A program made the translations under genes and the position numbers. A model generated the notes under the pieces. The model was not told the origin of the DNA. It saw nothing but the letters and a program-made list of their open reading frames with translations, and ran no database searches. A DNA stretch of 63,654 bases, counting the filler, from Octopus bimaculoides (lineage: Eukaryota), in assembly GCF_001194135.2 (NCBI RefSeq). It is 5 parts of 5 records of this genome, joined end to end, with 100 filler letters (N's around TTAATTAATTAA, not from the genome) between each part and the next. Parts side by side here need not be neighbours in the genome. Positions count along the whole stretch, not along the records: positions 1 to 26,219 come from NC_068986.1; positions 26,320 to 56,669 come from NC_068992.1; 3 more parts are not named here. One strand, given 5' to 3'. Below, in pieces: positions 12,772-26,837 of this stretch. Within the stretch, counting starts at the first letter, position 1. Each line of letters opens with the position of its first letter.

Positions 12772-13822
12772 TAACAAAAGCACTCAGAGAGCGCAAACCT
12801 CTGCCAACTGAACACCAACGTTCTCTCAACGATTAGCTGGAGATGATTTTTAAAATGAGAATATCTGAAATAAACTCAACTGCTCTCACAAACGAGAATA
12901 CTAAAAATGAACCTGACTGCTCTCAAAAATTAAGTAAAAAAAACAGAACAATAATCCAGAATCCTTGTCCAGTACCTGATCGATCCCAATGGTGGTCATG
13001 GAATGTGAAGGTAGGCATGCAGGCCATGTTTTTAATGCTATGTGTGTGTATCTGTAGTGGGAACAGGGACAGTTTTCTCTACAAAGGCCTTTTTTAGTCT
13101 ATGCACTGATATAGTGTCTTTATGTCCATTAAGGTCTATAGTGAAAAATTTATCCATGCATAAAAGAAAACAGAAAGGACCTGCGTACAGTGCTGTTAAC
13201 AGTTTAACAACATCATTGCACACAAAAACCTGAGTCCAAGAGGTAAAGCTTCCTTCAAGGCAGAGATAGAAATGCAATTGTCAAGTAGGTAAGATGTTTT
13301 AAACAGGAGCAATATATTCAAAATTGGTAAAACTAAAACTTGTTGAGGATAAATTAAATTTATTATTGTTACTGAGTATGTTAGTGTTATTTAATTTCTG
13401 AACAGTTTTGCTGCCATTTGTTTATGTAGTTTGATTTCTTAATCCATCAGTTTCTAATAAGATAGAGACCTGAGTAAAATTAATAATAGAGAAATGAAAA
13501 TAAAACTTTGGAAACAGCAATGCTGCCATAACCTATGTGGAAACCATGAGCATGCTTTCAAGGGAGATAATCGGAGAAAAACTTGAAAGTCAACGTAAGA
13601 TCGTAATACTTCATGTAAAGTAAATATAACAAATAATCCAGAATCTTTTTCCAGTACCGGATTGATCCCAAAATGTAATCAGTTCGTGCCAGTCATGAGG
13701 ACAAACATCCCTGAAAGTTTCATCTGAATCTATCCAGTGGTTCTTGAAATATTTTGTCCCTGGACAAACAAACAAACACAACTGAAAACAATACTTCAGC
13801 CTTCGTTAAGGCAGAAGTAATA
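12772..13822. mobile_element. interrupted non-autonomous element with short subterminal inverted repeats (possibly Helentron/DINE-like)
   Basis: Left end AACAAAAGCACTCAGAGAGCGCAAACCTCTGCC and right end AAGGCAGAAGTAAT are inverted. The internal block ATCCAGAATC...CCAGTACC...GATCCCA occurs twice. The superfamily call is inference. Confidence 0.45.
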
Positions 13823-13849
13823 ATAATAATAGTAATAATAACAGCAGCA

Positions 13850-14020
13850 ATAGGTCAGCAATTTGGAGGGATGGTGGCTGATTGATACCATCAACCCTAA
13901 TACTTGACTGGTACTTTACCTTATCAATCCTGAAGGATGAAAAATAAAGTTGACCTTGCAAGGTTTGAATTCAGAATGCAAAGAGCTGGAAGAAATACTG
14001 CCAGGCATTGTTTCTGATGT
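13850..14020 (-). mobile_element. SINE family B, decayed
   Basis: GACTGGTACT...GGATGAAAAATAAAGTTGACC...TTTGAATTCAGAA. Confidence 0.75.
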
Positions 14021-16504
14021 TCTATTGATTTTGCTGATATAGCCACCTTAATAAGTAATAACAAAAGTAGTTCCTTTCCAACTTTGTTAATATTGAATGC
14101 GTATACTTACACATACACATACATACCAACACTTGAATATGTATACATGCATGTTTACACACAAAAACAGTCATGTACATATGCACACATACATATTTAT
14201 ATATACACACACACATGTATACAGACATGTACACACACACACACACTCTCTCATTTAAACATAGACATATTTCTATTGTGGTAGATTGTAAAATATTGAT
14301 GTCTCAAGAATTATTAAAGACAGTTAGTGTTACAAACCACTAATCCTGTTTAAGCAGTTCTAGATATGACATATTCAGTAGGGAGTAGGGAAGGGTGTTA
14401 GTAATTAAAATATCTCCTTGTGATATTCCTGCCATTTTCACTTTATTCTGTTATTGCATATATTATTATTATTAAGTTGTTATGTTGCTTTTGTCTTTGT
14501 GCTGCAAGGGAAATTTTGCTGATTCTCTATAAGAGATATTCCTTGGTGTTGCTGTTTAGCCCTAGGTCAACACTGATGGAGCTGATCCATGATCAAAGGC
14601 ATTCCTTTATGACCATTCTGTCTTTTCCCTATGCGCAAAGGATTCAGGGCCACATTACTCAACATCTTTTCTGTGATAGTAGGGTGTGATTTAAGAGAAG
14701 TTTAACTGCTATTTCTAAAGGCCTTATTCCCTTTTTGATGTTAGTAGTGACGGTACTTTTATTTTTTATGGTGGCAGTGTTGTTGTAATTGGTGGTGGTG
14801 GAGGTTTTCAGCTTTAGGTCAGCTCTGATTGAGCAAGTTTACACTTTAAAGTGTGGTCATTTGATCTTTCTTTCAGACTTAGTGTGTTTAGGACAGCATC
14901 ATTCAGTGTGTTGTTATCTTTTGTTTTTAAGATGGTAGGATGTGATTATGAGGGAGGTTTGATTGCTGTTTCCAGTAGGTTGAGCAACTACATAGAGATG
15001 TTGTTGGTAATGGTAGCAGTGGCTGTGGTGGATATTGTTTTTAATAATTCCATAGATACATAATAATTTTAGCTGACTCTTGAAATAATCAATACATATA
15101 TGTTATTTTATTTTGTATTATTCATGCACATATGCATGCATATGTCCTCTTTCTCACCTCTTATCTCCCTCCCTTTTGTCTCGCTCATCCTTTTATTATC
15201 TTCCTATCCAGCTCATTCTTCTTCTCCAGTTTCTACTTATATATGAGAGTGTTATGTTACTGTGATTGTATGATGGTGGTGTTGTGTCAGGTATTGTGTT
15301 GTATGGTGTGTTGTGATGTTATGTCCTGTGCTGCAGTGTTGATATGAGGTCTTTTATGGTGTGTCTTTGTATGATGTTGTGTGTCTTATTTTGTTGTATG
15401 GTGTGGTGTCGTATGATGTAGTGCATCGTGTGTAGAAAAGTGATGTGTATGATTCTGATGTGCTTGAAGTGTGTATGAATGTTATATATGTGTGTAATTG
15501 TGGTGTGTCTGATGCATACATACACTTCAGAGGCATATTGTGGTAAAATATATATTAATGTAACACTTCAACAGGTTAAGTTGAACATAATTCACAAATA
15601 TCATTTTTATGAATGTATATTGTGTTTATACTCATTGTAGATGTTGTAGATTAAATATTGAGTATTTTTATATAGAATGAGTATATACCTGTCATGCACA
15701 TTTGTAAGGCAATGTCTAGTTGTTGAGTCATGTTCACAAACTAACATTTTCTCAATGTTCCTGGGAAAGCATTTTTTCCTCAAAAACTGTTTTAAATCCT
15801 TTTCCTACATCTGTATAATGTTTAGACATAGCATTTGTATTTCTATAGCCAAAGGCAGTTCTTACAGCTTTTTTTATTTTGATAAGTTTGATCTCGTCAG
15901 AAGAAGAAAGGCAGTGCCTATGACTTTAGTGCAGGGGTTTAACTCTGGAGAGAGGAGTAAATCCTCAGATCATAGATCTTGTTCAGATGCATGAAACAGT
16001 GGACTCTGCTAAAGGTACCTAAAGGCTAGGTAGTACTGTTAAACTATGCAACACATTGCCGACTGGGAACAGATTTAGCCAAGCCATCTGGCTCTGCACA
16101 ATTTCTGTATACCAAAATTTCATTCAGTAAGGTTGACATAAAGCTATAGCAGAAGACAGTTTGTCTAAGTTGCTATGCTGTGGGATCAAACCCAGAACTA
16201 AGTGGTTGTATTACAAATTTCTTAACTGCACGCCCATTCCTGTTAACCTTAACTCTGTTTCAAGAGTGGAGCCTGTTGTTTTTCACTGGACAAATTGGAG
16301 CAAGTAGAATTGTATGATTTACACAGTAATAAAACATATTCATTATAAGATCCGAGGTTACTATTATATGGTTAATAGTCCTCCATCCTTAGCCTCATTC
16401 TATAGTGTTTCATCTTTATTCTCTCTTCTTTTGAAAGCTGTTCATGTTATGTTGTTCAATTATGATAAAGCATAAAAAAATATGGAAATTTATATTAGAT
16501 AATT

Positions 16505-16539
<35 letters not shown>

Positions 16540-17118
16540 ACACACTTTGCTTTTGTATATTTATCATCACTTCATGGAGAATAGGCTTGAAGAAAATCTC
16601 AATTTTTTAGGATTTCTTTTAAAATGTCTTCCTCTAGTTTAATGTAATTTCATTTTATACTCTAAAGCATTTTCATCTGAGATCGTTATCTCAGTGCTCA
16701 TTATCCCAATATGCTTTCTTAGATAGGCTAGGTTGAGGTAGTTGATGTCCAAAGTGGACATTTGCAGTCCATCATCAGTAGAAAACAAAATATGGGCAGA
16801 AGGGGAAATTAGAAAGGTGAGCAAGTATAAATGCTTGCAACAGAGAGGATTCCTTTAACTGTACTAATGGTTGATGTTGTGGCATTGAACAAGGTGGTGT
16901 CTTAGCTCTACCACCTGGATCTAGTAGTTGAGGAAAAAGTGTCAATAAAGGTAGTACTCCAGAATGGTCTTTGCTGTGATGGCTAAAATTAGCTGAAAAA
17001 CTTTTACTTCATAGTGACTGGTTAGAATTAGACAAGAAATTTAGTTGTGAAAGTATTTGCTTTAAATATTTTATGGACAATTAATGTTCAAATTTGAAAA
17101 CCATATTGTCATTGATGT

Positions 17119-17177
<59 letters not shown>

Positions 17178-17771
17178 AACTGGAATTTTTTGTATAATTA
17201 TATATTGTTAATGTTAATATAACAATACATAAAGACGGGCTAAAGTTGAAGTGCTCAGCATGAGCTAGAATTCATCTTATAGTAAAAATAGATACATAAG
17301 GGTGGAAAACCACAGGAATAATACCATATGTCCAACGCAAGATATAATATGTGTGTTCAATTCCTTCAAGAATCAAGTAAATTTATAGTATTCAGTCTCT
17401 AAAGTGTCTAAACGGTACGGTAAAAAGACAGGCAAATACAACAATAAAAACTTTAGAAATATCATGAATGTTCAAAATATTTATTAAAAAAATATTTATA
17501 AACATGCATGATTTACAAGTTGTATAAAAATATGACAATTAAAGTTAAAACATTACAATATATAGACGTACATTATGATATAACTTATAATGGGTAAATA
17601 TATACGGTATGATGAAGTTATAATTTTACATGTATTATATTAAAAATGTGTACATTAGGACAGGATAAAAAAAAACAAAAAAAACGTATNNNNNNNNNNN
17701 NNNNNNNNNNNNNNNNNNNNNNNNNNNNTGGTATTATTCCTGTGGTTTTCCACCCTTATGTATCTATTTTT

Positions 17772-17809
<38 letters not shown>

Positions 17810-18479
17810 CAAGTAATTTCACACCTGATGAGATAAAGTAATAACAACATACAGTTAGCACTCAAGTCCGGTTTGAAAACTAAAGCTCCAACTGGTATTA
17901 AAAACAAGGCTATTATAGCAGTATGACAATTGGCAGTTTATCAATTAAGCAGGCACAAACATAAAATGATAAAAGTATAAACAAAACAACTGATTAGATT
18001 ATGATTTATTATGATGGTTGAGTTATTACAAGTATAGCTCATAAAAAGGAAGAAGTAAACTGGTGTGCAGAAAGTCTCTTACAGCTGTTTCAAAAAACAA
18101 ATATGCATAAGGTGCATGTTGTGCAAAACAAGTGATAGTTATTCATATATCAGTGATCTGTTCCATCATCGGAGGAAGAATGAGATATAGCAACAACCTA
18201 TTCCATTGTCAAAGATAGAATAAATCACTGCTATATCTCAACCATCAGGTTTAAAGATATAAATGTCATGATCTAACCTAATACTAGTTGTTTTGCTTGT
18301 TTATGTTTTTATCCTTTGAAGTGTGTGTGTGTGTACATATATATATTTCATTTTAAGCTAAGCAATGTGTGTGTGTGTGTCTGAGCAGGTGTGATCATCA
18401 TCATTATTATTGTTATTGTTATTATTTAAAAGCTGACAGAATCATTACCACATTGGACAAAATGCCCAGTAGCATTTCT

Positions 18480-18640
18480 TCTGACTTGACATTCTAAGTT
18501 CAAGTGCCACCAGGTCAACTTTGCCTTTCATCCTTTCGGGGTCGATGAAATAAGTACCAGTTGAGCAATGAGGTTGATGTAATTGACTTAACCCTCCCCA
18601 GAAATTACTTGCTTTGTGCCAAAATTTAAAACCATTATTA
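18480..18640 (+). mobile_element. SINE family B
   Basis: TTCTAAGTTCAAGTGCCACCAGGTCAACTTTGCCTTTCATCCTTTCGGGGTCGATGAAATAAGTACCAG. Confidence 0.85.
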
Positions 18641-19059
18641 TTATTATTATTTAGTCCAAAGTACCTAGTTACCTCATCTTCAAACAATATACTACTAATT
18701 CCTTTCACTATTACAACTTTTAAGGATACTCTGACACCTGGTCCATTTCATCCTTGTCACCTTCCCACTGCTACTGTAACAAACAAAACTCTCATTTTCT
18801 TTCAATAATATTTACTTGTACATTGTCTCTTTATCTCACTTTATGTATCCTTCTCTTTCTTTTCCCCTTTCTTTCCCTCCTTGTTTTTCTCTCTCTTCCT
18901 TGCTGTATACATATCTATCCTCTTAACTTAGTAGCTGACTTACCACTCTAACCAAATATGTAGTAAAATTGTTCTATCAATCACTTCATATTTCTGAAAT
19001 GCTTTAACTTAAGAAGGTTTATGTAGTGGGTGCACTTCCAATTATATATTACACAAACC

Positions 19060-19227
19060 GTAGGAGTGGCTGTGTGGTAAGTAGCTTGCTTACCAACCAC
19101 ATGGTTCCGGGTTCAGTCCCACTGCGTGGCACCTTGGGCAAGTGTCTTCTACTATAGCCTCGGACCAACCAAAGCCTTGTGAATGGATTTGGTAGAAGGA
19201 AACTGAAAGAAGCCCGTCGTATATATG

Positions 19228-19258
<31 letters not shown>
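19060..19258 (+). mobile_element. SINE family A, young copy (5' half, runs into gap)
   Basis: GTAGGAGTGGCTGTGTGGTAAG (A-box-like), GGTTCAGTCC (B-box-like), CCTTGGGCAAGTGTCTT (CORE-like), then (TA)n. Confidence 0.9.
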
Positions 19259-20117
19259 NNNNNNNNNNNNNNNNNNNNNNNNNNNNNNNNNNNNNNNNNN
19301 NNNNNNNNNNNNNNNNNNNNNNNNNNNNNNNNNNNNNNNNNNNNNNNNNNNNNNNNNNNNNNNNNNNNNNNNNNNNNNNNNNNNNNNNNNNNNNNNNNNN
19401 NNNNNNNNNNNNNNNNNNNNNNNNNNNNNNNNNNNNNNNNNNNNNNNNNNNNNNNNNNNNNNNNNNNNNNNNNNNNNNNNNNNNNNNNNNNNNNNNNNNN
19501 NNNNNNNNNNNNNNNNNNNNNNNNNNNNNNNNNNNNNNNNNNNNNNNNNNNNNNNNNNNNNNNNNNNNNNNNNNNNNNNNNNNNNNNNNNNNNNNNNNNN
19601 NNNNNNNNNNNNNNNNNNNNNNNNNNNNNNNNNNNNNNNNNNNNNNNNNNNNNNNNNNNNNNNNNNNNNNNNNNNNNNNNNNNNNNNNNNNNNNNNNNNN
19701 NNNNNNNNNNNNNNNNNNNNNNNNNNNNNNNNNNNNNNNNNNNNNNNNNNNNNNNNNNNNNNNNNNNNNNNNNNNNNNNNNNNNNNNNNNNNNNNNNNNT
19801 TTCAAGAAGAGGGAGAATGAAAATGTTTTTTACAAAGAAGTACAAAATGAAGAAAATAATATATAAAAAAAATAATATATAAAAAAATAAATATACCAAT
19901 ACATTATATTGTCTTTGAGCTTTTGAAGTTCAATGGTAATTCATGTATATAATGGTTGGAAAAATAAGGATGCATGAGAATTGAGAGTTGTGTTAGGTTT
20001 GAAAAAAAGGGTTTTTATTAAAATATGCTTCCAGTTTAGCATTCTGCCTTATTATTATATTTCATTTTCCTATTATTTCTCCACGTGCAGTTAACACAAC
20101 CCCACTATTTACTGACT

Positions 20118-20151
<34 letters not shown>

Positions 20152-21984
20152 AATATACACACACATATATGTGTACTTATCTCTTGTGTGTTTACATATT
20201 TTTTACTAATATTATGGCTAAACAGAGAAGACTGCTTAACTAATTGAAAAAGATACTTAAGTAGCATATGAATTTCAAGAACATAGTTGACATTCAAATA
20301 GCTATTCTGTGTTGTAATGTTTCAAAACTGATCAAACCTACCTGATAAGCGATTTAAAAAAAAATATTTCTCCCCAACATTATTTTTTATTCCTTAAAAT
20401 GCTGACAATTTTTTTTTAGTTATAGGCTGTTAATTAAATAAAATTTATATATTTTATTTTATTCATTGTTTACTATATCTTTTATGGTTATATTTGTAAC
20501 AAAAAATATCTTTAGATATGTTTGGTATTATTTTTAAAATGTTAGTTTTTATAGCATGTCACTTCTAGCTGATATAACAGTAGTATATTGTCTGTAGTTG
20601 ACCTGTCTATCAAGTTAATTCTTCATTTGCTTCTGTAAATGCTTCTATTACATATTAATCTTTTGAGCATACCAGTTGTCATACAATAATGAGATGGCCT
20701 TTTATACTTCTGGATGGAAAAGTGTATTGAAGCCTGCTGTCTTACCTGTCAGCATATATGATCGTTCTTTTATTATAAAGTGGGTTGCTGTCAGCTCCAT
20801 GGCATAACACATTTAGTTAAGGATTTATTCTGGATGAAATTAGTTTTTTTTTTTTTATATTAAATCTAGAAAATGTTACAATGAAGAAAGAATCGCTTTT
20901 CCATCAGTGCATGATTATGTGCAAGGTAATTCTTGTTTATCCTTGCAAATTTGTGTCCATAATTCTTCTTAGAGATGACAATAAAACAACATTGTACGAG
21001 CATCACATTGTTGCAGTTCACAGAATTAATAGCTGTATAGCATATTTTCCCCATACTGTAGAAACCACTTTTTTCTTCTAAAACTCAATACTGAAGCAAC
21101 ACAGCCTTGTCTTGTTTTCTGTCATTTTGTGTATTTTGAATATACTCTGATTGCTGTCCTTATCATGTTGGCATTTTCAGATAGTTTGTTTTGTTCATTT
21201 TTTGTCATTTTACTTTTTCTTTTTTGTTACTCTTATTTTCATTATTAAAAAAAAGAATTAGATCCTAATTGAATTCTGTTACTACTTGTGCAGTCAGGTG
21301 AGGATCATTTTCAAAGGTTTTTTTTTTTTTTTTTTTTTACTCTGGTACACAATTGCCATTATCTGTATTTCTGAAAGATCAATAGTTTTATATATATATA
21401 TATAAGGTTGATTGGCTTTAGTACATATGATTGAATTGGAAATCATTTTTTTTTTCTTCTAATGTAAAAAAGTCAACTTTCATCCAGGGAGTTATTTTAG
21501 GTATCTGAGACATTTATAAATTTAAAATTCTTTTCTTTTTTAATTTTCCTCTTTAGTTTTCCTGTTTGTCTGCTTGTCAGTTTTTAGATAAAATTCTAAA
21601 TTATTCTATTTTTCTGTTGGAAAGTGGAGATTAGTTAGAATAGTATAAAAATATCCTGATGAATAACTTGTTTCATAAATGATATTTAATAAGTGAACAG
21701 GCTGAAAGGTGAGGGAGATAATTAAAGGGTTATTAGAAATTTAATAATGACAAAAAATATAAACTAATTAGGTTATTATATAGTGCTAATTGGAATGTCT
21801 AATAATGTCTAATAATAATCTAAGCAGAATTGGTTCACCAAGTCAATTATATAGCTTGTAATACTTTGTTGGATTACTGATACCATTATTTCTGCCCTTC
21901 TTTTAGAGTGCTACCAAGATAAGGGATAAAGGAATATCTTGGACTAAAAAACAAACAAACAGAAAAAAGCTTCAAAGTTAAAAA

Positions 21985-22400
21985 CTGATGTGATGATAAT
22001 ATGATGGTGGTGGAATTGAAGATCATGATGGTGGCAATGATGAACATGATAAGGGTGGTAATGAGGAAGATAATAGTAGTAATAAGGAGGATGACAGGTA
22101 TGGTAGTAATATGGTTGGTGGTGGTAATGATGAGAATGTTTGGGCTGCTAATGTTGAAGGTGAAAGTGGTGGCATTGATGAGGACTGGTGGTGGAGGTGG
22201 CAGTGGTTAAGACGACGGTGGTAGTGGCAATGGTTAGGACAATAGTGGTGATGGCAATGATAAGTATGACAGTTGGTAATGAGGATGACAGTATTGGTAA
22301 GGAGAAAGTTGAGGTGATGTGAGGATGACTGTGATAGTGGTGATGAGGATTGTAGCAGTACTATTACCGATACAGGAGGACAATGGTGGTGTTTGGGAAT
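21985..22400. repeat. degenerate (GAT/GGT/AAT)n trinucleotide tract
   Basis: Visible low-complexity tract. Confidence 0.85.
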
Positions 22401-22849
22401 CGAAAAAATGGCATGGAATGTTACAAATGAATAAATTGAAAGAATTCATAAACATAGAGAAAGCATGATTGATAGATGGTTGTATGCACTGCCTATAGTC
22501 AATTGCAATACCTTTCATTTCACTTTGGTTCTTACTTTCCTTTGTTTTTTTACTCTGTCTTTAAGTTTCATGCACTTTTAGTCTTCTTCAGACAATATTC
22601 TACAACCTGATGCCTTTCCTGATACCAACCTTTGTTTTCAAGTTATGGTATTTTGTTCCACTGCTCTTTGCATATTTAAATACCAAACTACAAGATATAA
22701 GCATTACTGCTGTCCCAGCAGTGTCAATGCAAAAACACAAATGTGTGTGCGCACACAAACACACACACCTGCATATGCAAACATCCAAACATGCATATAC
22801 ACACACACACACACACACGCCGCACACATACACACACATATATGCAATG

Positions 22850-23265
22850 AGCTTCTGTGAAGTTTCTCTCTACCAAATTTCATGCACAGTTATTAGTCAA
22901 TTCAAGGCTATTGTAAACATCATTTACTCAAAGTGCTACACAGTGGGATTGAACCTGAGACCATGTGGTTGTGAAATAAACTCCTTAGCTACACATCCAA
23001 GCATAAGTCTCAGCTGGTCATCATGATGATAAGTTGTTGTTTATCAAATCAAATATGTTCTTATTTAAAGCAGTAGAATGATATAAGGGGAATTTTGCTG
23101 TTAATCCTTGCAGGGTGAATGACTATGTGAACACTCTTTCATTGGCTCATGATGGGAAGTTTTAAAGAAGGCTTTAGGCGACTCGAGGCTATCGTAGAAG
23201 ACACTTGCCCAAAGTATCATGCAGTGGATCTGAACCTGGAACCATGTAGTTGTGAAGCAAGCTTG
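22850..23265 (-). mobile_element. two decayed SINE family A 5' halves (22850-23000; 23170-23265)
   Basis: AAGGCTAT(T/C)GTA..., GTGG(G)AT(T/C)GAACC..., CCATGT(G/A)GTTGTG. Confidence 0.7.
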
Positions 23266-23649
23266 TGTAGGAAATTGAAATAGAATGAAACAAGAAGAAA
23301 GTATGTGTTTGATAGATAGAGAGTTAGAGTGAGTTAGAGAACATTTATTTTGGAGGAATTTTGTGTTTAGAGTTCAGAAATCAATGAGAGTAAAGACATA
23401 AACAGGTGTGTCAAATTCAGGTGACAACATTCTTTGTATACAAAGTAGGTTGTTCTTGTATTTTATGCTTCACAAAAGAACTAGATTTCTATTAAGAAAT
23501 TTTAAATTGGGCATTTCTTCTTATCCACCTCTATCCCCACTTCCTACACAACTACTTCCCCATTCTTCCTACAGCTAACTTTTATTTACATAGGTTCATC
23601 TACCAAGAAAACCAACTTATCAAAAACTGTATAAACCCAAATCAACCTA

Positions 23650-24080
23650 AGTATGGCACAGTCTGATGACAGCAAGCAAGCCAAAAACTTTGAAGTCACT
23701 GTCAATCTATGTAAATTTTGTTATGTCTGCAAATATATTGTTTCTTCAAGACTGGGTAACCAAAGGCAATGGGATGTATTGTTTCTTCCCGAACACCACA
23801 TATTCTTCAATTACTGTATTCTGCTTTTGTGTGGTGGGGTGATTTCTGGTTTGGAGGTTTTGATCTTTTTTCACAATTAACAACTCTTTGGTGTCTTCCT
23901 TGAGTTCCACACTTCTCAACCAATGTTGGAATTTGTCTATTTCTCTTCTGTTCAGCTTGCCCCAGTATTTGCCATCTAAGGGCTTTTCTTGGCATTGTTT
24001 TGCCATGGCATTTTGTAGTTCCAGTTTTAGCTAGATTTGAGCTGCTTTACAGTTTTTGCTGTTTCTTCTTTTTCTTTCCA
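23650..24080 (-). mobile_element. RLE-type (R2/R4-group) non-LTR retrotransposon fragment, post-RT region
   Basis: Minus frame QEKPLDGKYW...FQHWLRSVELKEDTKELLIVKKDQNLQTRN, then QYICRHNK, matches the conserved KPLHG...WL...LK.ETE.LI.A.QDQ.L.TRN...RHD block preceding the RLE domain. Confidence 0.75.
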
Positions 24081-26187
24081 TAGCTGTCAGATATTATGAC
24101 CTCTGCTTTGTATTTTTCAGCTTCCTTGAAGACAGAAAACAGTTTTTTTTATTTTGTTCATGAGACAGAACACAGTATTTTGTTTATTATTATTTGTATT
24201 TGTGTTTTAGAAGTAGTTTGTATGAGAGGAAAAATTGTTGAAATTTTAAAATCAAATAAATTGGTAAGTTCTAATGTAAGTATTGAAAACACATTAATGT
24301 ATCTATACTCAGCTCAATCAACCTTACTAAAAAAATTAGTACCATTCTCACTTCCAAGTCAAGTAGGTGGAAAACCACTTGTTTAAACAGTTCATACAAA
24401 AATGTTTGAATCTAAAGAAGCAGCCAACCTACATTAACATGGAAATAGGAGAGTATACCAACACAATATATGTAGGTTTATATGTGATATGTATTTGCAT
24501 AGAATGGAAAATGGCAGATGGGGAGAAATTAGTTGCTAACGGCACTTGTAGGTGTGGAAGGGGAATGTGACAAAGAAAAGATTTTATTTATTCAGAAATT
24601 TTTATAAAAATATAAAGAAAATGATAGTTTTTCTATAAGAGATTCAAGTAGATTTCTAACTGATTGTTACATGACTGTCAATTAAATGGTAAAAGTTGGT
24701 TCCAGGAAAATCAATAAGATGTGAAAATCATAGTTTTTATTCTTTTTTATCTTTATTGTTGTTTTTTTATTTCTTCTTAAATATCAACTTCTTTTAGCAA
24801 TAATAAATCTGCTGTATTGATTTATAAGTATTTCAGCTAAACTACAATCTATGCTCTACCTGGATTGACTTCTCTTCTGAATGGTTAGTTTTAAGTTCTC
24901 CAATAATCTATTATTGAATTAATTGATCTCCAATAAATTGTTTTCCCTTAATTTTTCATTCTATTTTTTCATCATTGGTGATACTTTAAATCAACTCCTG
25001 TGTACAAATAGTATTTTGCAACATAACAGTATAAAACAAAGACAATTTGATATTAAAGAAATGATTATAAATATTAAATAGCAAAGTTTTTTATTTGTTC
25101 CTAATTTTATTTTTAAAGTTACCTTTATTTTCATTTCTATTGTTAGTTTTGGTTGAATGGTTATGACACAGCAAAGGCATTTGCATGAATTTTGTAACAG
25201 GCATTTCACATTTGGATGCTTTCCTTATTGTTAAAATTTTTCAACCTGGAAATAGGAATGTTATCCATTTTAAATAGGTTGTCTTAGACACTTTTCTTGA
25301 GGTTCAGCAAAACAATAAAATCTCTATTCTTTGTTTTGTATCAGTAAGTAATCCATCTTTATCTGTCATGTATTGTACCTTATCTTTATGATTTGCTAAA
25401 TGTGTTTGAATTGCAGAAAGGAGTGTATATAATAATTCATGTACAGCTGAATTATTTGTTATAATTTTGTGTTGTCCATGTAGAAATAGATCAAGGATGT
25501 AAACAAAATCATAGCTTTATTTGTAATTAGTTGTCACTGATAAGCTTAAATCATTGTTTGGAAATCCCACCACTAAGTCTTGATCTATGTCATTCGATTA
25601 TTTCTCTCATTTTCAAAATCCATTATTACCTGACTGAATTTTTGTGGTATTAACTCCATTGTAATGTCGACACCTTCACTTTGCTTTACATTGTCATTCT
25701 CATCTCACTACAAATGAACTCGTCTCCCTTTGTACTATGCTTACAATCTCTTTTTGGACTGTTAACAATTCTACAATGTTACAGGACCAAATAAAACATT
25801 GAGGCTTAACGGCCCCAATTTGCTGTGATGTAGAAAACTTGTCTTCAAAATTATCAGTTCACAACTATTTAGCCTAGTTTGCTATTTCTAACTCCTATGT
25901 TAGTAGTTTATTTTGCCCAGTGAATTCTTCCATGTAGCAACCAAAAGGAACATTATATATAGTATGTTCTTTGTACTTTAGTAATGTGTTGTATAATTAA
26001 TTATTTTCTCAGTTTCTTGCAATTGTTTCTTTAGTCCAATTAGCAGCTACACCAGCAGATATATAGCTTACACCTTCCAAAGGAGGTATGTAAGAACACA
26101 TTAAAAGCCAGAAATATCTTAGCATTATCAGATGACTGCTCTGTGAGAAAATACTGAAATATTGGGTTTTATATATATATATATATA

Positions 26188-26219
<32 letters not shown>

Positions 26220-26319
26220 NNNNNNNNNNNNNNNNNNNNNNNNNNNNNNNNNNNNNNNNNNNNTTAATTAATTAANNNNNNNNNNNNNNNNNNNNNNNNN
26301 NNNNNNNNNNNNNNNNNNN
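26220..26319. other. artificial scaffold join (N44-TTAATTAATTAA-N44)
   Basis: Exactly 44 N + 12 nt + 44 N; an identical structure occurs three more times. Confidence 0.95.
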
Positions 26320-26837
26320 ATATATACACACACACATATGCATATATGGGTACAGGACGTCACCAACAGCAAACAAAATGAAATACGAAAACTAATGAGT
26401 TCAATACGCAAAAAAAAAAAAAACCAGAGAAACAAATAGAAAACAGGACAAGTAAGACAAAGAACGAGCTTTGGACGACAATATGAGTCTTCAAAGACAG
26501 TTGCTCCCATAAATTCTAAAATAAAATTGAAGATATATGTAGGGTCAAAGTGAAGAACAGAAAAATGACATTGGAGACATAAAAGGAAACCGAACGAAAA
26601 CAAACATGGAGGGTCGTTAGACCAGAACTAGAGGAAAATAGTGAACGCTGGGATATGTGTATATTATATACACAAACATACATTTATATATACAGGCGAT
26701 AGGCTTCCATTCAGTTTCCATCTGCTAAATTAATTCAAAAGACATTAGGAGTCCCGGGGCTATCGTCGATGGCTCTTGCTTATGATGCGGCATTGTGGGA
26801 CTCAAGCCGGAACCCACGAAGTATATTTTCTGATAAT

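Noticed and set aside
17821-17880. ACACCTGATGAG, resembling the start of the family 1 hammerhead
   Set aside because: No closing helix II, GAAA or NUH in register.
26264-26275. TTAATTAATTAA as a biological palindrome
   Set aside because: Always centred in exactly 44+44 N; an assembly linker.
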